DNA of 64,000 nucleotides, taken from the NCBI GenBank assembly GCA_045628725.1, contig JAZQPT010000015.1, positions 319-64,318 on the forward strand, read 5' to 3'. Under the pieces are notes generated by a model, which was not told the DNA's origin, did no database searches, and worked only from the letters and a program-made list of their open reading frames with translations. The translations under genes and the position numbers were made by a program. The stretch comes from Candidatus Saccharimonadales bacterium. Lineage in GTDB: Bacteria; Patescibacteriota; Saccharimonadia; Saccharimonadales; Saccharimonadaceae. Every line of letters starts with the position of its first letter. Position 1 is the first letter of the stretch. Shown here piece by piece: positions 1-8,727 of the stretch.

Positions 1-570
1 GGAGTTACTCGCGCCATACTCAACCAGCTTGCCTGCAACAAAGAATGTTTGTGGCGTGACGTTTTGTGTGGTGAGTCCCAGGCTGTCGCTCATAATGGCG
101 ACCAGCATGTTTTCGGCAGCCTGGGCGTTGATGGTCCAATTATTTGCTGTCGCAAGTCCGTAGAGCACCTCGCTAGTTGCGACGGCATCGTCAGACAGCA
201 TCGTATGGTCGAATGACAGATTTGATTCAGTCGTATGGTGATCGATAACCAGTACCGGGTGTGATTCCAGGAAGTGACGCACGCCAGGTGTTTCAAGTAC
301 CTTGGTAATAAGGACATCCGCTGCTGTGTCGACAATAATGGCTAAATCGGCCTTGGTATCAAAATCGCTAACAACCCTGTCCCAGCCCTGGATATAGCGC
401 ATGTACTTCGGGATCTCGACCGGGCAATACAGTACCACCTCTTTGCCGAGGTCGGACAGGATTTCCTCGAGCGCCAGGCTGCTCCCTAGGCTATCGCCGT
501 CGGGGTTCTCTGCCTGGATGATAATAATTTTTGCTGCGTCGCTAATAAGGTTGGTTGCTGTATCGTACAT
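1..570 (-). CDS. DHH-family phosphoesterase (NrnA-like), N-terminal part only; gene continues past the left window edge
   Basis: Own translation of minus strand from ATG at 568-570: MYDTATNLISDAAKIIIIQAENPDGDSLGSSLALEEIL...PVLVIDHHTTESNL. It has DHH-family signature motifs (NPDGD, DHH). The frame stays open to position 1, so it is absent from the ORF track. Confidence 0.8.
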   Translation of the reverse strand, partial: MYDTATNLISDAAKIIIIQAENPDGDSLGSSLALEEILSDLGKEVVLYCPVEIPKYMRYIQGWDRVVSDFDTKADLAIIVDTAADVLITKVLETPGVRHFLESHPVLVIDHHTTESNLSFDHTMLSDDAVATSEVLYGLATANNWTINAQAAENMLVAIMSDSLGLTTQNVTPQTFFVAGKLVEYGASNS

Positions 571-608
571 TATCCTCATTGTAACAGAGGTGGCAAACAT
601 AATACATA

Positions 609-637
609 TTGACAAAATAATCAAGATATAGTATAAT
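609..637 (+). promoter_or_regulatory. sigma70-type promoter, TTGACA-17 nt-TATAAT
   Basis: Perfect consensus hexamers read directly: TTGACA 609-614, TATAAT 632-637, 17-nt spacer. Lies about 60 nt upstream of the ORF at 700, which has the RBS TAGGAG. Confidence 0.6.
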
Positions 638-699
638 GCGAACATAGTCATACAATCCCGTGTGACTCGTCTGTTCTTCACAGTAATGATAGGAGAATC

Positions 700-975
700 A
701 TGTCGAATCGTGGTCGCGAGGCAATATTTGACCTCGCTGAGTTGGCGCTCAGGCTCTCGGCACTTGCTTACGTAATTATTGCGTCAGCCCTCTGGATTGG
801 TTATCTGGAAATCACCAACAGTCCTCCGGCTGCGTTCGTAGTGGGATTCGTTAGATTTTACGCATTCACCGCACTCACGGCTGTATTGTTCTATTTCTAC
901 GGACTCTACTACCTGTCCAAGCTTCAGAAGAGGCATGTTGTCGAAGGCGAGCGGAGTCTGTACGTCGATGACTAG
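700..975 (+). CDS. small predicted 2-TM membrane protein, unknown function
   Basis: 91-aa ORF with AGGAG 5 nt upstream and two hydrophobic stretches. No family recognised. Confidence 0.55.
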   Translation: MSNRGREAIFDLAELALRLSALAYVIIASALWIGYLEITNSPPAAFVVGFVRFYAFTALTAVLFYFYGLYYLSKLQKRHVVEGERSLYVDD

Positions 976-1151
976 CGATTTACGTCTAGCTCAAGACGCA
1001 TACTGAGCCGGGTTTTGCTCCCGTCATACTCGTAGGTGTAACCTATGACCAGCAAAATGCCGCCTAGAGGCGGGGTTGAGGTTGAGCTCTCATGCTCTCT
1101 CCCCCGCCTCGGCGGACAGATTTTGTCGAGCATTGCGCTCCAGAATCGCAC

Positions 1152-1186
1152 AAGACCTTTGGTTACCAAAGGTCTTTTTCTTTTTC
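1152..1186 (+). terminator. intrinsic terminator (11-bp stem AAGACCTTTGG/CCAAAGGTCTT, TTA loop, T-run)
   Basis: Hairpin plus TTTTTCTTTTT read directly. The T-run is on the plus strand only. Confidence 0.7.
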
Positions 1187-1800
1187 TAGAGGATTCGACG
1201 GCCTTCTAGTGCATGCGACAGTGTGATCTGATCGGCATATTCCAGGTCGACGCCGACTGGTATACCTCGGGCCAGACGGCTCATCTTGACGGTAATGCCG
1301 GCATCCTGGATGTGGCGCTGCAGGAACAGTGCCGTCGATTCGCCTTCAACACTAGCGTTAGTGGCAATGATAAGCTCCTGGACATCATCATCTGCGATAC
1401 GCTTTGTAAGCTCTGGGATATGGAGCTGCTCCGGACCTATGCCGTCAATCGGGCTGATCGCTCCCCCGAGCACATGGTAGGTTCCATGGTACTGCCCTGT
1501 GCGTTCCAGTGCGATGATATCAAGTGGTTCTTCGACGACAGCAATGGTCGTTTTGTCGCGCGATGTATCGTCGTAAAGCGGTGACACTTTTTGGTCGGCG
1601 TCGATTAATGCAAATGTCACCGGGCATTGTTTGACACCACTATGCAGACGGGTTAAACTCGCCGCTAATTTTTCAGCGGTTGACGGTTGTGACCGTAGCA
1701 AATAGTACGCGTACCGTTCGGCGGTACGCGCTCCTACGCCTGGCAAACGGCCAAGTTCTTCGATTGCATCAAGTAATGCTGATGGCAGCAGCTGGGCCAC
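1186..1800 (-). CDS. recR: recombination protein RecR
   Basis: N-terminus LLDAIEELGRLPGVGARTAERYAYYLL (HhH) and a Toprim-like C-terminal region. Sits in the dnaX-ybaB-recR neighbourhood. Confidence 0.95.
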   Translation of the reverse strand: MAQLLPSALLDAIEELGRLPGVGARTAERYAYYLLRSQPSTAEKLAASLTRLHSGVKQCPVTFALIDADQKVSPLYDDTSRDKTTIAVVEEPLDIIALERTGQYHGTYHVLGGAISPIDGIGPEQLHIPELTKRIADDDVQELIIATNASVEGESTALFLQRHIQDAGITVKMSRLARGIPVGVDLEYADQITLSHALEGRRIL

Positions 1801-1808
1801 GAAAGTCC

Positions 1809-2111
1809 CTAAAGGCCTAGATTGCCGAGGCCACCCATGAGGGGCTTCATTTTCTCTGCGGCAATTTCCTGGGCTTTTTGCATGCCGTCACGAATCGCAA
1901 TCTCGAGGTTGTGCTCGAGGTCTTCGATGTCCTCTAAGTCGACATACTCAGGGTTGATAGTTACTTTCTCTACCTTTAGTTCGCCGTTGATAGTGATTTC
2001 TACCTGTGGGTCATCATCTTCGCCACCGGCAGCAACAACTACCTTTTGCTTCTTAAGGTCTTTTTGCGCTTTGCGCAGTTCATTGATCATTTTCATTTGG
2101 TCAAAAGCCAT
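1809..2111 (-). CDS. ybaB: nucleoid-associated protein YbaB/EbfC
   Basis: MAFDQMKMINELRKAQKDLKK... is typical YbaB. Start moved to ATG 2111, which has GGAGAGGA 8 nt upstream; the track start at 2129 is a TTG inside that SD. Confidence 0.9.
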   Translation of the reverse strand: MAFDQMKMINELRKAQKDLKKQKVVVAAGGEDDDPQVEITINGELKVEKVTINPEYVDLEDIEDLEHNLEIAIRDGMQKAQEIAAEKMKPLMGGLGNLGL

Positions 2112-2189
2112 AACTGTGTTCCTCTCCAATTACAATATATCTATTATACCACTATCCGCCCCTGTCGAGACTGATATTTACCGACGACT

Positions 2190-3647
2190 TTAATCGTTTG
2201 CTTTTTTATAAACGTAGAATCGATCCGAATTTTCAACATATCCGGTAGTGACGATGCGGTCAATGGTGTGGGACGCGTCGAGACGCTTGTGTGCATCGTG
2301 AGTGGCGGTAAAGTTGCCCGTGACGGGTACGTCGGTTGTGACAGTGAGCGCGGCACCGTTATTGTATTCAGATACGGCGTTGTAAAACTTCTGCTCGTCG
2401 GCAGTGACGTAGAGTGTGGTCGGATTGCCACGGCGTACATCATAATTAAGCAACGTCAGGTCGCGACTAAAGCTGGTTGCTGTCTTTGGGTCGTAATGAT
2501 AGCCGTAGATATATCGGTCGATACCCGAAATGACCAGACCGCTTACGAGTATGACGAGTGGCAGTAGTCCAGCGACCCGTGCGTACGGATTAAGTGGAAA
2601 CATACCGTACCACGAACGGAGTAGATAATTCAGGCCGCTCGCAGCGAGCAGTAGGAACGGTACAAATGTAACCGTCGTGTGCTGCGGACTGATAACAAGC
2701 ACAGGAATGAGCAGGATCACCCATGCCGTCATCGTGTAACTACGCGCGGTATAACGGGTTTTGAACAGTTGCCAGGCGCCAATGACGATTAGTGCAATTG
2801 ATCCTAGACCAAGCACTGGCGTCATCAATGTGCCGCTTTGCGGACTGATAAAATTAAAGTACTGCTGAGCGAGTTGTGTGAGGTTCGCTATTATTGCGGG
2901 CGGCAGGGTCTCGGGGATACCAAGCAGTTCACCGGCAAGCTCTGGACGCTGCACAATAAGATACCCAAGTGGTGCAGCGAGCACGAGGCTAATAAGTACA
3001 AATCCCGCCAGATGCGCACGCGACATGCGTCGCAGGACATGCCGCACATGCGGATGTAAAATAGCAGCACTAATGATAGCCAGGACAAGGTATATACTCA
3101 GCGGTGTGTACAGGCTCAGGGGCATCAGGACAAAGAACAGGATCTTCCAGAATCGTTTATGACTCGTCGATCTGGTAATCATGGTCGCCGCGAGCAGCAG
3201 CCAGACCGGCCACAGGATAAACAAAATACTCGCCGTGCCAGACTGGGCAACGAACAGGAACTGTCCGGTAGTGATCATGATGATTGACGCTAGTACGGCA
3301 ATGTTCGGACGATACCATTGGCGTAGTAGCAGAACCGCTCCGGCACCGGCGATAAATGCACAAACTAGCGATAGTATCTTGACGCTAAAGTTCGTCACGC
3401 CAAAGAACTCAAGAATGAATTTCTGGATAATGTAGAATGGTGCGCTCGCTACGGCTAGAGTTGAGGGGTCGCTGAGCGACAGATTCGTTGAGTTTGCTAC
3501 GGTATTAATTTCCTCTTGCGAGAGTCCACCGGGAACATACAGTCCGGCAAAAAGCAGGAGCCCAATAAAGGCAATGACGACCAAAGTATAGCCGATAACG
3601 TAACGCCATTTATAGATGAAAAAATCAGTAATGAGTGTCTTGCCCAT
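2190..3647 (-). CDS. polytopic membrane protein, GT-C (ArnT/PMT, GT39/83-like) glycosyltransferase candidate
   Basis: 485 aa with at least 10 hydrophobic helices followed by a soluble C-terminal domain. Family assignment is by architecture only. Confidence 0.55.
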   Translation of the reverse strand: MGKTLITDFFIYKWRYVIGYTLVVIAFIGLLLFAGLYVPGGLSQEEINTVANSTNLSLSDPSTLAVASAPFYIIQKFILEFFGVTNFSVKILSLVCAFIAGAGAVLLLRQWYRPNIAVLASIIMITTGQFLFVAQSGTASILFILWPVWLLLAATMITRSTSHKRFWKILFFVLMPLSLYTPLSIYLVLAIISAAILHPHVRHVLRRMSRAHLAGFVLISLVLAAPLGYLIVQRPELAGELLGIPETLPPAIIANLTQLAQQYFNFISPQSGTLMTPVLGLGSIALIVIGAWQLFKTRYTARSYTMTAWVILLIPVLVISPQHTTVTFVPFLLLAASGLNYLLRSWYGMFPLNPYARVAGLLPLVILVSGLVISGIDRYIYGYHYDPKTATSFSRDLTLLNYDVRRGNPTTLYVTADEQKFYNAVSEYNNGAALTVTTDVPVTGNFTATHDAHKRLDASHTIDRIVTTGYVENSDRFYVYKKAND

Positions 3648-3697
3648 GTTTGTATTAGTATACCACGCCTTTTGTGGGTACGTCCTAACTGCTCGGA

Positions 3698-5077
3698 TTA
3701 TTCATGATGTTTATCGAGTGACATAAAGCGGAGTCGTTCAGGGTGGAAGTATAGTTCGACTTTGCCGACAGGACCGTTACGGTGTTTAGCGATGATCAGA
3801 TCGGTGACGTTTTCGCGTTCGGTCTCGGGGTTATAGTAGGCTTCGCGGTAAATGAACATAACGATGTCGGCGTCCTGCTCGATTGATCCTGATTCACGCA
3901 GGTCGGAAAGCTGTGGGATTTGCGGCTGACGGTTTTCGACGGAACGTGACAGCTGCGAAAGCGCAATAACAGGGACGTTCATCTCGCGGGCAATCAGCTT
4001 GAGTCCACGGGATATCTCGCTGACCTCTTGGACGCGGTTACCGTCTGACTTGCCACTACCCTGCATAAGCTGCAGGTAGTCAACGATAATAAGTCCCAGT
4101 GGAGCATCGTGAGCTGCACGACGTGCTTTGGTGCGCATTTCCAGGACAGATAGGCCTGGCTTGTCGTCGATAAAGATTGGCGCTTCGGCCATTTCACCCA
4201 TGGCTTCGGACAATTTAGCAAAATCATCGTCACTAAGATTGCCGGTGCGAATATTCCATGAATCAACTCCCGATGCGTCGGCGAGCATACGGTCGACCAG
4301 CTGCTCTTTGCTCATCTCGAGGCTAAAGAACAAAACAGACTGTTTGTTAACGGTCGCGACGTTATAAGCCAGGTTCGTCACTAGTGTCGTCTTACCCATC
4401 GCTGGACGGGCGGCCAGAATAATAAGATCAGAGCGCTGCAAGCCAGCTGTCATATTGTCGAGGTCACGGTACCCTGTCTTGATACCACGGAGCGCACCTT
4501 TGTTGCGGTGTAGCTCTTCCATGCGATCAAAGCTGTCGGTCAGGATAGATTCGATGCTGGTAAGGTCTTGTTTGAGTGACTGGTCGCTCACCGCAAAAAG
4601 CTCCTGCTCTGCACGGCTAAGTAGTTCCTGTACGTCCTGCTCTTCGTCAAAGCCAAGCTCAGAGATTTCAGAGCTGGCCCGGATCAGGCGACGTCGGATG
4701 GCTTTTTGTGATACCATCTCGGCGTATGCCTCGGCGTGGGCTGCAGTCGGGACGTAATTAGTGAGTTCCGAGAGGTATGTCGTGCCGCCAATGGCGGTCA
4801 GCTCGTCCTTCTTCTGAAGTTCATCTGTAAGAGTTAACAGATCGACAGGTCTATGGCGTTCAAATAGACGCACCATCGCACCGTAAATCGCGGCGTGCCG
4901 CTTGTCGTAGAAATCTTTCTCTTTGACGACTTCCGTGACATCAGCCAGGCGTTCTTCGTCAATCAGAATAGCACCGATCAGGCTCATTTCGGCGTCGATG
5001 TTTTGGGGCGGAATTTTGCCTGCAGGAAAATCACGTTCCTTGTCCCGTTTGTAATCTCGTTTATTATCCTTCGACAC
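3698..5077 (-). CDS. dnaB: replicative DNA helicase DnaB
   Basis: PPQNIDAEMSLIGAILID N-domain, Walker A ARPAMGKTT, and LSQLSR / RESGSIEQDADIV motifs. Confidence 0.95.
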   Translation of the reverse strand: MSKDNKRDYKRDKERDFPAGKIPPQNIDAEMSLIGAILIDEERLADVTEVVKEKDFYDKRHAAIYGAMVRLFERHRPVDLLTLTDELQKKDELTAIGGTTYLSELTNYVPTAAHAEAYAEMVSQKAIRRRLIRASSEISELGFDEEQDVQELLSRAEQELFAVSDQSLKQDLTSIESILTDSFDRMEELHRNKGALRGIKTGYRDLDNMTAGLQRSDLIILAARPAMGKTTLVTNLAYNVATVNKQSVLFFSLEMSKEQLVDRMLADASGVDSWNIRTGNLSDDDFAKLSEAMGEMAEAPIFIDDKPGLSVLEMRTKARRAAHDAPLGLIIVDYLQLMQGSGKSDGNRVQEVSEISRGLKLIAREMNVPVIALSQLSRSVENRQPQIPQLSDLRESGSIEQDADIVMFIYREAYYNPETERENVTDLIIAKHRNGPVGKVELYFHPERLRFMSLDKHHE

Positions 5078-6515
5078 TGACTTCTTCTCCTCCGCCCATT
5101 AGTGCGGCTACGGCGGCCGCTGCTTCGTCTTTTGGTGGCGGCGGGGTTGGAATCGTTTCGATTACCAGGTCCCCGGCTCCTGTTAGTATGAGACACTCGG
5201 CAAGTATTGTGCGGTACTTTACATCGTCGAGCTTTGTTTTATTGAACTTTCGAACAGTATATAACGTCAGCGTTTCGCCGTCCAGTTCGTAGCTACATTT
5301 TGACAGAACACTGTATAGTGCGACATAGTTTGCTTTGACGTGTTCGAGCAGTGTCTCCCAGCTGAAATTCTCTGGGTGGGCCTCGGCGGCGACTCGTGGT
5401 GGCATTGGAATGTCTGGCTCTGAGTCGGCGACAATGGGCTTTACTGACGGATCCTGAGGTCGACTATTGGACGGTGCTACTGCTGGTTTCGGCTGTGCTA
5501 ATTGTCGAACCGGCGCACTGATGACGGGCGCTGGCACGGCAAGTGCGGCAGCGGCTTGTTTATGCTTTGGAGCGACGGCACCCAGCAGGACGGTCAGCAA
5601 TTTGATAGCTGGCTTTGAGGATTCGGATGCTTCAAGCAGGCCATCCAGTAGGGGTAGTAGCTGTGTATCGGTCACAATGTTCTGTTTTGTGACAGAAAGC
5701 AGCTGGTCAATCAGGACGGCCGGCTCGATGCCGCTTTTCTCGCTGTCGGTGTAAGCTTTGATGATTGCCTGACTGTCGCTAGCTTTGATAGCGGTTAGTA
5801 TACGATCAATAATCTCGTGTGGCGCAAGTCCCAGCGTTTGCTCGACGAGACTTTTTGTAATACCCGCCTTGTTGTCGGCGAGACTCGATAACTGATCAAG
5901 CAGGCTGATACTGTCGCGGAAGCTACCCTTGCCACGTTCTGCGATGATGCGCAACGATTCATCGTCAATGGTTATATGCTCTTTTGTGGCGATGTCCCTG
6001 AGGTGTGAGATGGCATCTTCGATTGTGATCGAGCGAAAGCCAAAGCGCTGGGTGCGGCTGATAATCGTATCTGGCAGTTTTTCAATGTTGGTTGTAGCCA
6101 GGATAAAGACGACATGTTCGGGTGGCTCTTCTAGTGTTTTTAGAAGAGCATTGAAAGCTGCTTTTGAAAGCATGTGCACCTCGTCGATGATGTATACTTT
6201 CTTTTTTGCAGAGACGGGTGCGAGCTGTACTTTTTCGCGCAGGTCACGAACATCATCGACACCATTGTTGCTGGCGGCATCGATTTCGATGATATCCAGA
6301 TGACTTGTCTCGTCCTCGTACGGCAGCTGATTGATCTCATGGGCAAGTATACGTGCGATTGATGTCTTGCCAACGCCTCGAGGGCCGGTCAGTAGATACG
6401 CATGGGCGATTTTTCCTTGTTTGAGCGCTCTTGAAAGCACCTCGGTAATGTGTTTTTGCCCCACTACCTCATCGAGGGATTTGCTACGGTGTTTACGATA
6501 GAGTGCTCTGGCCAT
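5064..6515 (-). CDS. dnaX: DNA polymerase III subunit gamma/tau
   Basis: LYRKHRSKSLDEVVGQKHI, GPRGVGKTS, VYIIDEVHML, FNALLKTLEEPP. Overlaps the dnaB start by 14 nt. Confidence 0.95.
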   Translation of the reverse strand: MARALYRKHRSKSLDEVVGQKHITEVLSRALKQGKIAHAYLLTGPRGVGKTSIARILAHEINQLPYEDETSHLDIIEIDAASNNGVDDVRDLREKVQLAPVSAKKKVYIIDEVHMLSKAAFNALLKTLEEPPEHVVFILATTNIEKLPDTIISRTQRFGFRSITIEDAISHLRDIATKEHITIDDESLRIIAERGKGSFRDSISLLDQLSSLADNKAGITKSLVEQTLGLAPHEIIDRILTAIKASDSQAIIKAYTDSEKSGIEPAVLIDQLLSVTKQNIVTDTQLLPLLDGLLEASESSKPAIKLLTVLLGAVAPKHKQAAAALAVPAPVISAPVRQLAQPKPAVAPSNSRPQDPSVKPIVADSEPDIPMPPRVAAEAHPENFSWETLLEHVKANYVALYSVLSKCSYELDGETLTLYTVRKFNKTKLDDVKYRTILAECLILTGAGDLVIETIPTPPPPKDEAAAAVAALMGGGEEVSVEG

Positions 6516-6605
6516 GTTACTACCTATTGTACGCTGTTTTGACGGGGTTTTCGTTGTGATTTAGATTCGGGCTGTCCCTGGGTTTGATATGTCAGGATAT
6601 GACAT

Positions 6606-6633
6606 GTCCCACCGCTCTAAAGGCGCGGTGGGA
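6606..6633 (-). terminator. 10-bp GC-rich hairpin (GTCCCACCGC/GCGGTGGGAC) downstream of the CDS ending at 6657; no clear U-tract
   Basis: Inverted repeat read directly, followed on the minus strand by a second 6-bp hairpin ATGTCA/TGACAT. Confidence 0.35.
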
Positions 6634-6656
6634 CTATGGTCATCAGTCGTTCTGAG

Positions 6657-7097
6657 TCACAGTATGGTGTAATTTTCCAGACTGCGAAGCCCGAACGTGG
6701 AGCACTGTACGTGGTTGGTCTGGATGTAGACGAGGGCTTGCTCGGCGGACAGTCCTTCGAGGGAAGAAAACGTGATCCTCTCCTCGTGCGACCATTCTGA
6801 CCGCTTCTTGCCGGCAATGAACTCGACAGGCAATTGATCGGACAGTTCGTACTGTAGTACTTTTCTGACACGGATTGCTATGTCATCGGCTCGTTCGCGG
6901 ATGAGCCCACTGTGCTCTGCCCAGTGAATGGTCTCGATATCGATATTCATCTCACCGAGTTCATCACGGGTTACCAGCTCGAGTAGTCGCAGCTTATCGA
7001 TTCCATGAAGGCGTAGGATGGTCCTGTCGTCTTCGGGTATGTCATTCCAAACCTGTCGGGTGACGTCAGCGACGACTCCAGGGCTGTACGTGTTCAT
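6657..7097 (-). CDS. hypothetical protein (GC-rich orphan)
   Basis: ORF-track frame; start moved to ATG 7097 (MNTYSPGVV...) preceded by AAAGGAG. No family recognised. Confidence 0.6.
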   Translation of the reverse strand: MNTYSPGVVADVTRQVWNDIPEDDRTILRLHGIDKLRLLELVTRDELGEMNIDIETIHWAEHSGLIRERADDIAIRVRKVLQYELSDQLPVEFIAGKKRSEWSHEERITFSSLEGLSAEQALVYIQTNHVQCSTFGLRSLENYTIL

Positions 7098-7152
7098 ACT
7101 GCTCCTTTGATTGATGGCCAAGCCTTAGGGGCTATGAATATTATGACATAAA

Positions 7153-7177
7153 AATATCATTGCAACAATATCATTGC
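7153..7177. repeat. tandem direct repeat AATATCATTGC x2 (period 14) in the promoter region of the 6657-7097 gene
   Basis: Copies read directly at 7153-7163 and 7167-7177. They lie just upstream of an extended -10-like TGTCATAAT on the minus strand. Confidence 0.6.
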
Positions 7178-7210
7178 GATAATAGGCATGATGCGACAAC
7201 TTTCGCACGA

Positions 7211-7246
7211 GAAACAAAAACTGTGCCTACTACGACACAGTTTTTG
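7211..7246 (-). terminator. intrinsic terminator after the CDS ending at 7267
   Basis: AAAAA-CTGTG...CACAG-TTTTT hairpin; on the minus strand it is followed by TTTTTGTTTC. Confidence 0.55.
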
Positions 7247-7266
7247 TAAATTGTAGTCAGCTATTC

Positions 7267-7782
7267 CTAGAGTGAGGCTTCGACTGCTGCCCAGGTTGCT
7301 TCAGGGTTATCCTCGGGAATGATGATAGTCACCTGATCGCCTTCCTTGAGGCGGAAGTATGTGACACTCGCCAGGAGGATACGATATTCGTGGCCGTTAG
7401 CCTCGACGTACCATGCACCGTCGTGCTGTGTCAGGGTACCGATGATCTGCTTGCGCTCGATTGGACCGATTTGCTTGTAGATGAAGCTGCCGTCATCGGC
7501 AATCGTTAGCTTAAGGATATCGCCTTCGACAAGCTTTGACTTGCTGGCGTAGTTGGCTGGAACTGGATAGTTCTTGCCATCAGGGCCCATCATGACCTGG
7601 CCATCAAAGACACCTTCGACGATCTTGCCACTTACTTCTTCCTGGCTGTTTCGGGGTGTGACGATGGTACCGTCATCGCCGACGATACTGATTAGTAATT
7701 CTTTTGCCGCCGCAAGGTTTGTCTCAGCTTCTTGTATGAGGCTGGCTAACCTTTTGACTTGTTTTTCTGGTAATTCAGACAT
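7267..7782 (-). CDS. conserved hypothetical protein
   Basis: 171-aa ORF. Start set to ATG 7782 (MSELPEKQVKRL); the track start is a TTG. No family recognised. Confidence 0.65.
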   Translation of the reverse strand: MSELPEKQVKRLASLIQEAETNLAAAKELLISIVGDDGTIVTPRNSQEEVSGKIVEGVFDGQVMMGPDGKNYPVPANYASKSKLVEGDILKLTIADDGSFIYKQIGPIERKQIIGTLTQHDGAWYVEANGHEYRILLASVTYFRLKEGDQVTIIIPEDNPEATWAAVEASL

Positions 7783-7891
7783 GTCTCGCAAATTCCTTGT
7801 CTGTTTTTTGTAGTAGTATTACCTCTATATATACCAAAAGATGGCTATAATGTCAAGAATAGCCCTAGTTGACACCTGTCCAAGGTTGCCA

Positions 7892-8046
7892 CTAAGGAGT
7901 AGTGTCGGTATGATGCCCTACTATATTGATCGCAATACGGTATTCGCCTGTAGGTGCTAGGGCGGTGACAACAGCGGCCAAGGTGCCGATAACGACAATA
8001 ACGATGAGTAATTCAACGATAGTAAACCCGCTGGAGTTTTATGCAT
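7892..8046 (-). pseudogene. frameshifted and truncated type IV prepilin-like gene remnant
   Basis: ATG 8046 gives MHKTPAG, then the frame breaks. The next frame reads G-FTIVELLIVIVVIGTLAAVV... to TAG at 7892-7894. One extra G or T in the GGGTTT run (8024-8029) would restore MHKTPAG|FTIVELL, a canonical prepilin leader plus methylation motif. Only about 45 aa follow. Confidence 0.5.
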
Positions 8047-8141
8047 ATGCTTAATTGTACAATAGCTCTCGGCTGGAGTAAAAGAATGTTATCCACATCA
8101 TTATCAGGGGTGGGACATAAAACGTTGTATATTTTGTATAT

Positions 8142-8172
8142 AATAAATACCACCCTTTCGGGTGGTATTTAT
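8142..8172 (-). terminator. intrinsic terminator after rplL
   Basis: ATACCACCC-TTTC-GGGTGGTAT flanked by A and T runs. Confidence 0.7.
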
Positions 8173-8216
8173 TGCATTGATTAACAATTGATCGAATGTA
8201 GGGTGCTAATTATAAA

Positions 8217-8591
8217 TTAGCTAAGTTCAACAGTTGCGCCGGCTTCTTCAAGCTGCTTCTTTGCAGCTTCAGCGTCGTCTTTGCCAATCTTCTCTTTAAC
8301 AGGTGCTGGAGCACCGTCAACGATAGCTTTAGCTTCACCAAGTCCAAGACCAGTGATTTCTTTAACAGCCTTGATGACTGCAACTTTCTGAGCACCAGCG
8401 TCTTTCAACGTAACAGTGAACTCAGTCTTTGCGTCTTCTTCTACTGCAGGTCCTGCAGCAGGGCCAGCAACAGCTACAGCAGCAGCTGCAGGCTCGATGC
8501 CGTATTCGTCCTTAAGGATAGTTTTAAGGTCGTTAACCTCAAGTACAGTTAGCTTTGTAAGCTCTTCTGCAAGTGTTTTAATATCAGCCAT
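8217..8591 (-). CDS. rplL: 50S ribosomal protein L7/L12
   Basis: [22 protein letters not shown]...; start moved to ATG 8591 with AAGGAG upstream. Confidence 0.95.
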   Translation of the reverse strand: MADIKTLAEELTKLTVLEVNDLKTILKDEYGIEPAAAAVAVAGPAAGPAVEEDAKTEFTVTLKDAGAQKVAVIKAVKEITGLGLGEAKAIVDGAPAPVKEKIGKDDAEAAKKQLEEAGATVELS

Positions 8592-8727
8592 GATAGACTC
8601 CTTTATATTCGTAATTGTAATAAACGGTTTGCGCTCTACCCTATCCATCGATGCGGTGCACCGACTTTAAACATAGAGCAGTTTTGGAATGTTACTTCCG
8701 TGAACGAGTAGAGAGGCGAACCTCTGC

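Noticed and set aside
1188-1200. GGATTCGACGG, similar to the conserved 5' end of tmRNA
   Set aside because: It lies inside the recR coding sequence (antisense of ...EGRRIL stop). No tag ORF and no tRNA-like 3' end (...TCCACCA) is nearby.
6201-6207. A AAA AAG heptamer in dnaX, resembling the E. coli gamma/tau programmed frameshift site
   Set aside because: It encodes the KKK of the ...KKKVYIIDEVHML Walker-B region near the N-terminus, far from where the tau/gamma split occurs. No downstream stem-loop or upstream SD-like element is evident. Most likely coincidental.
6516-6656. Possible SRP (4.5S/ffs) RNA upstream of dnaX, where it lies in many bacteria
   Set aside because: I looked on both strands for the domain IV signature (AGG-short stem-GNRA/GGAA loop-stem-AGCA, e.g. 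GGAAGCAGC) and found none. Only generic hairpins are present (10-bp GTCCCACCGC stem, 6-bp ATGTCA stem), so I report them as a hairpin only.
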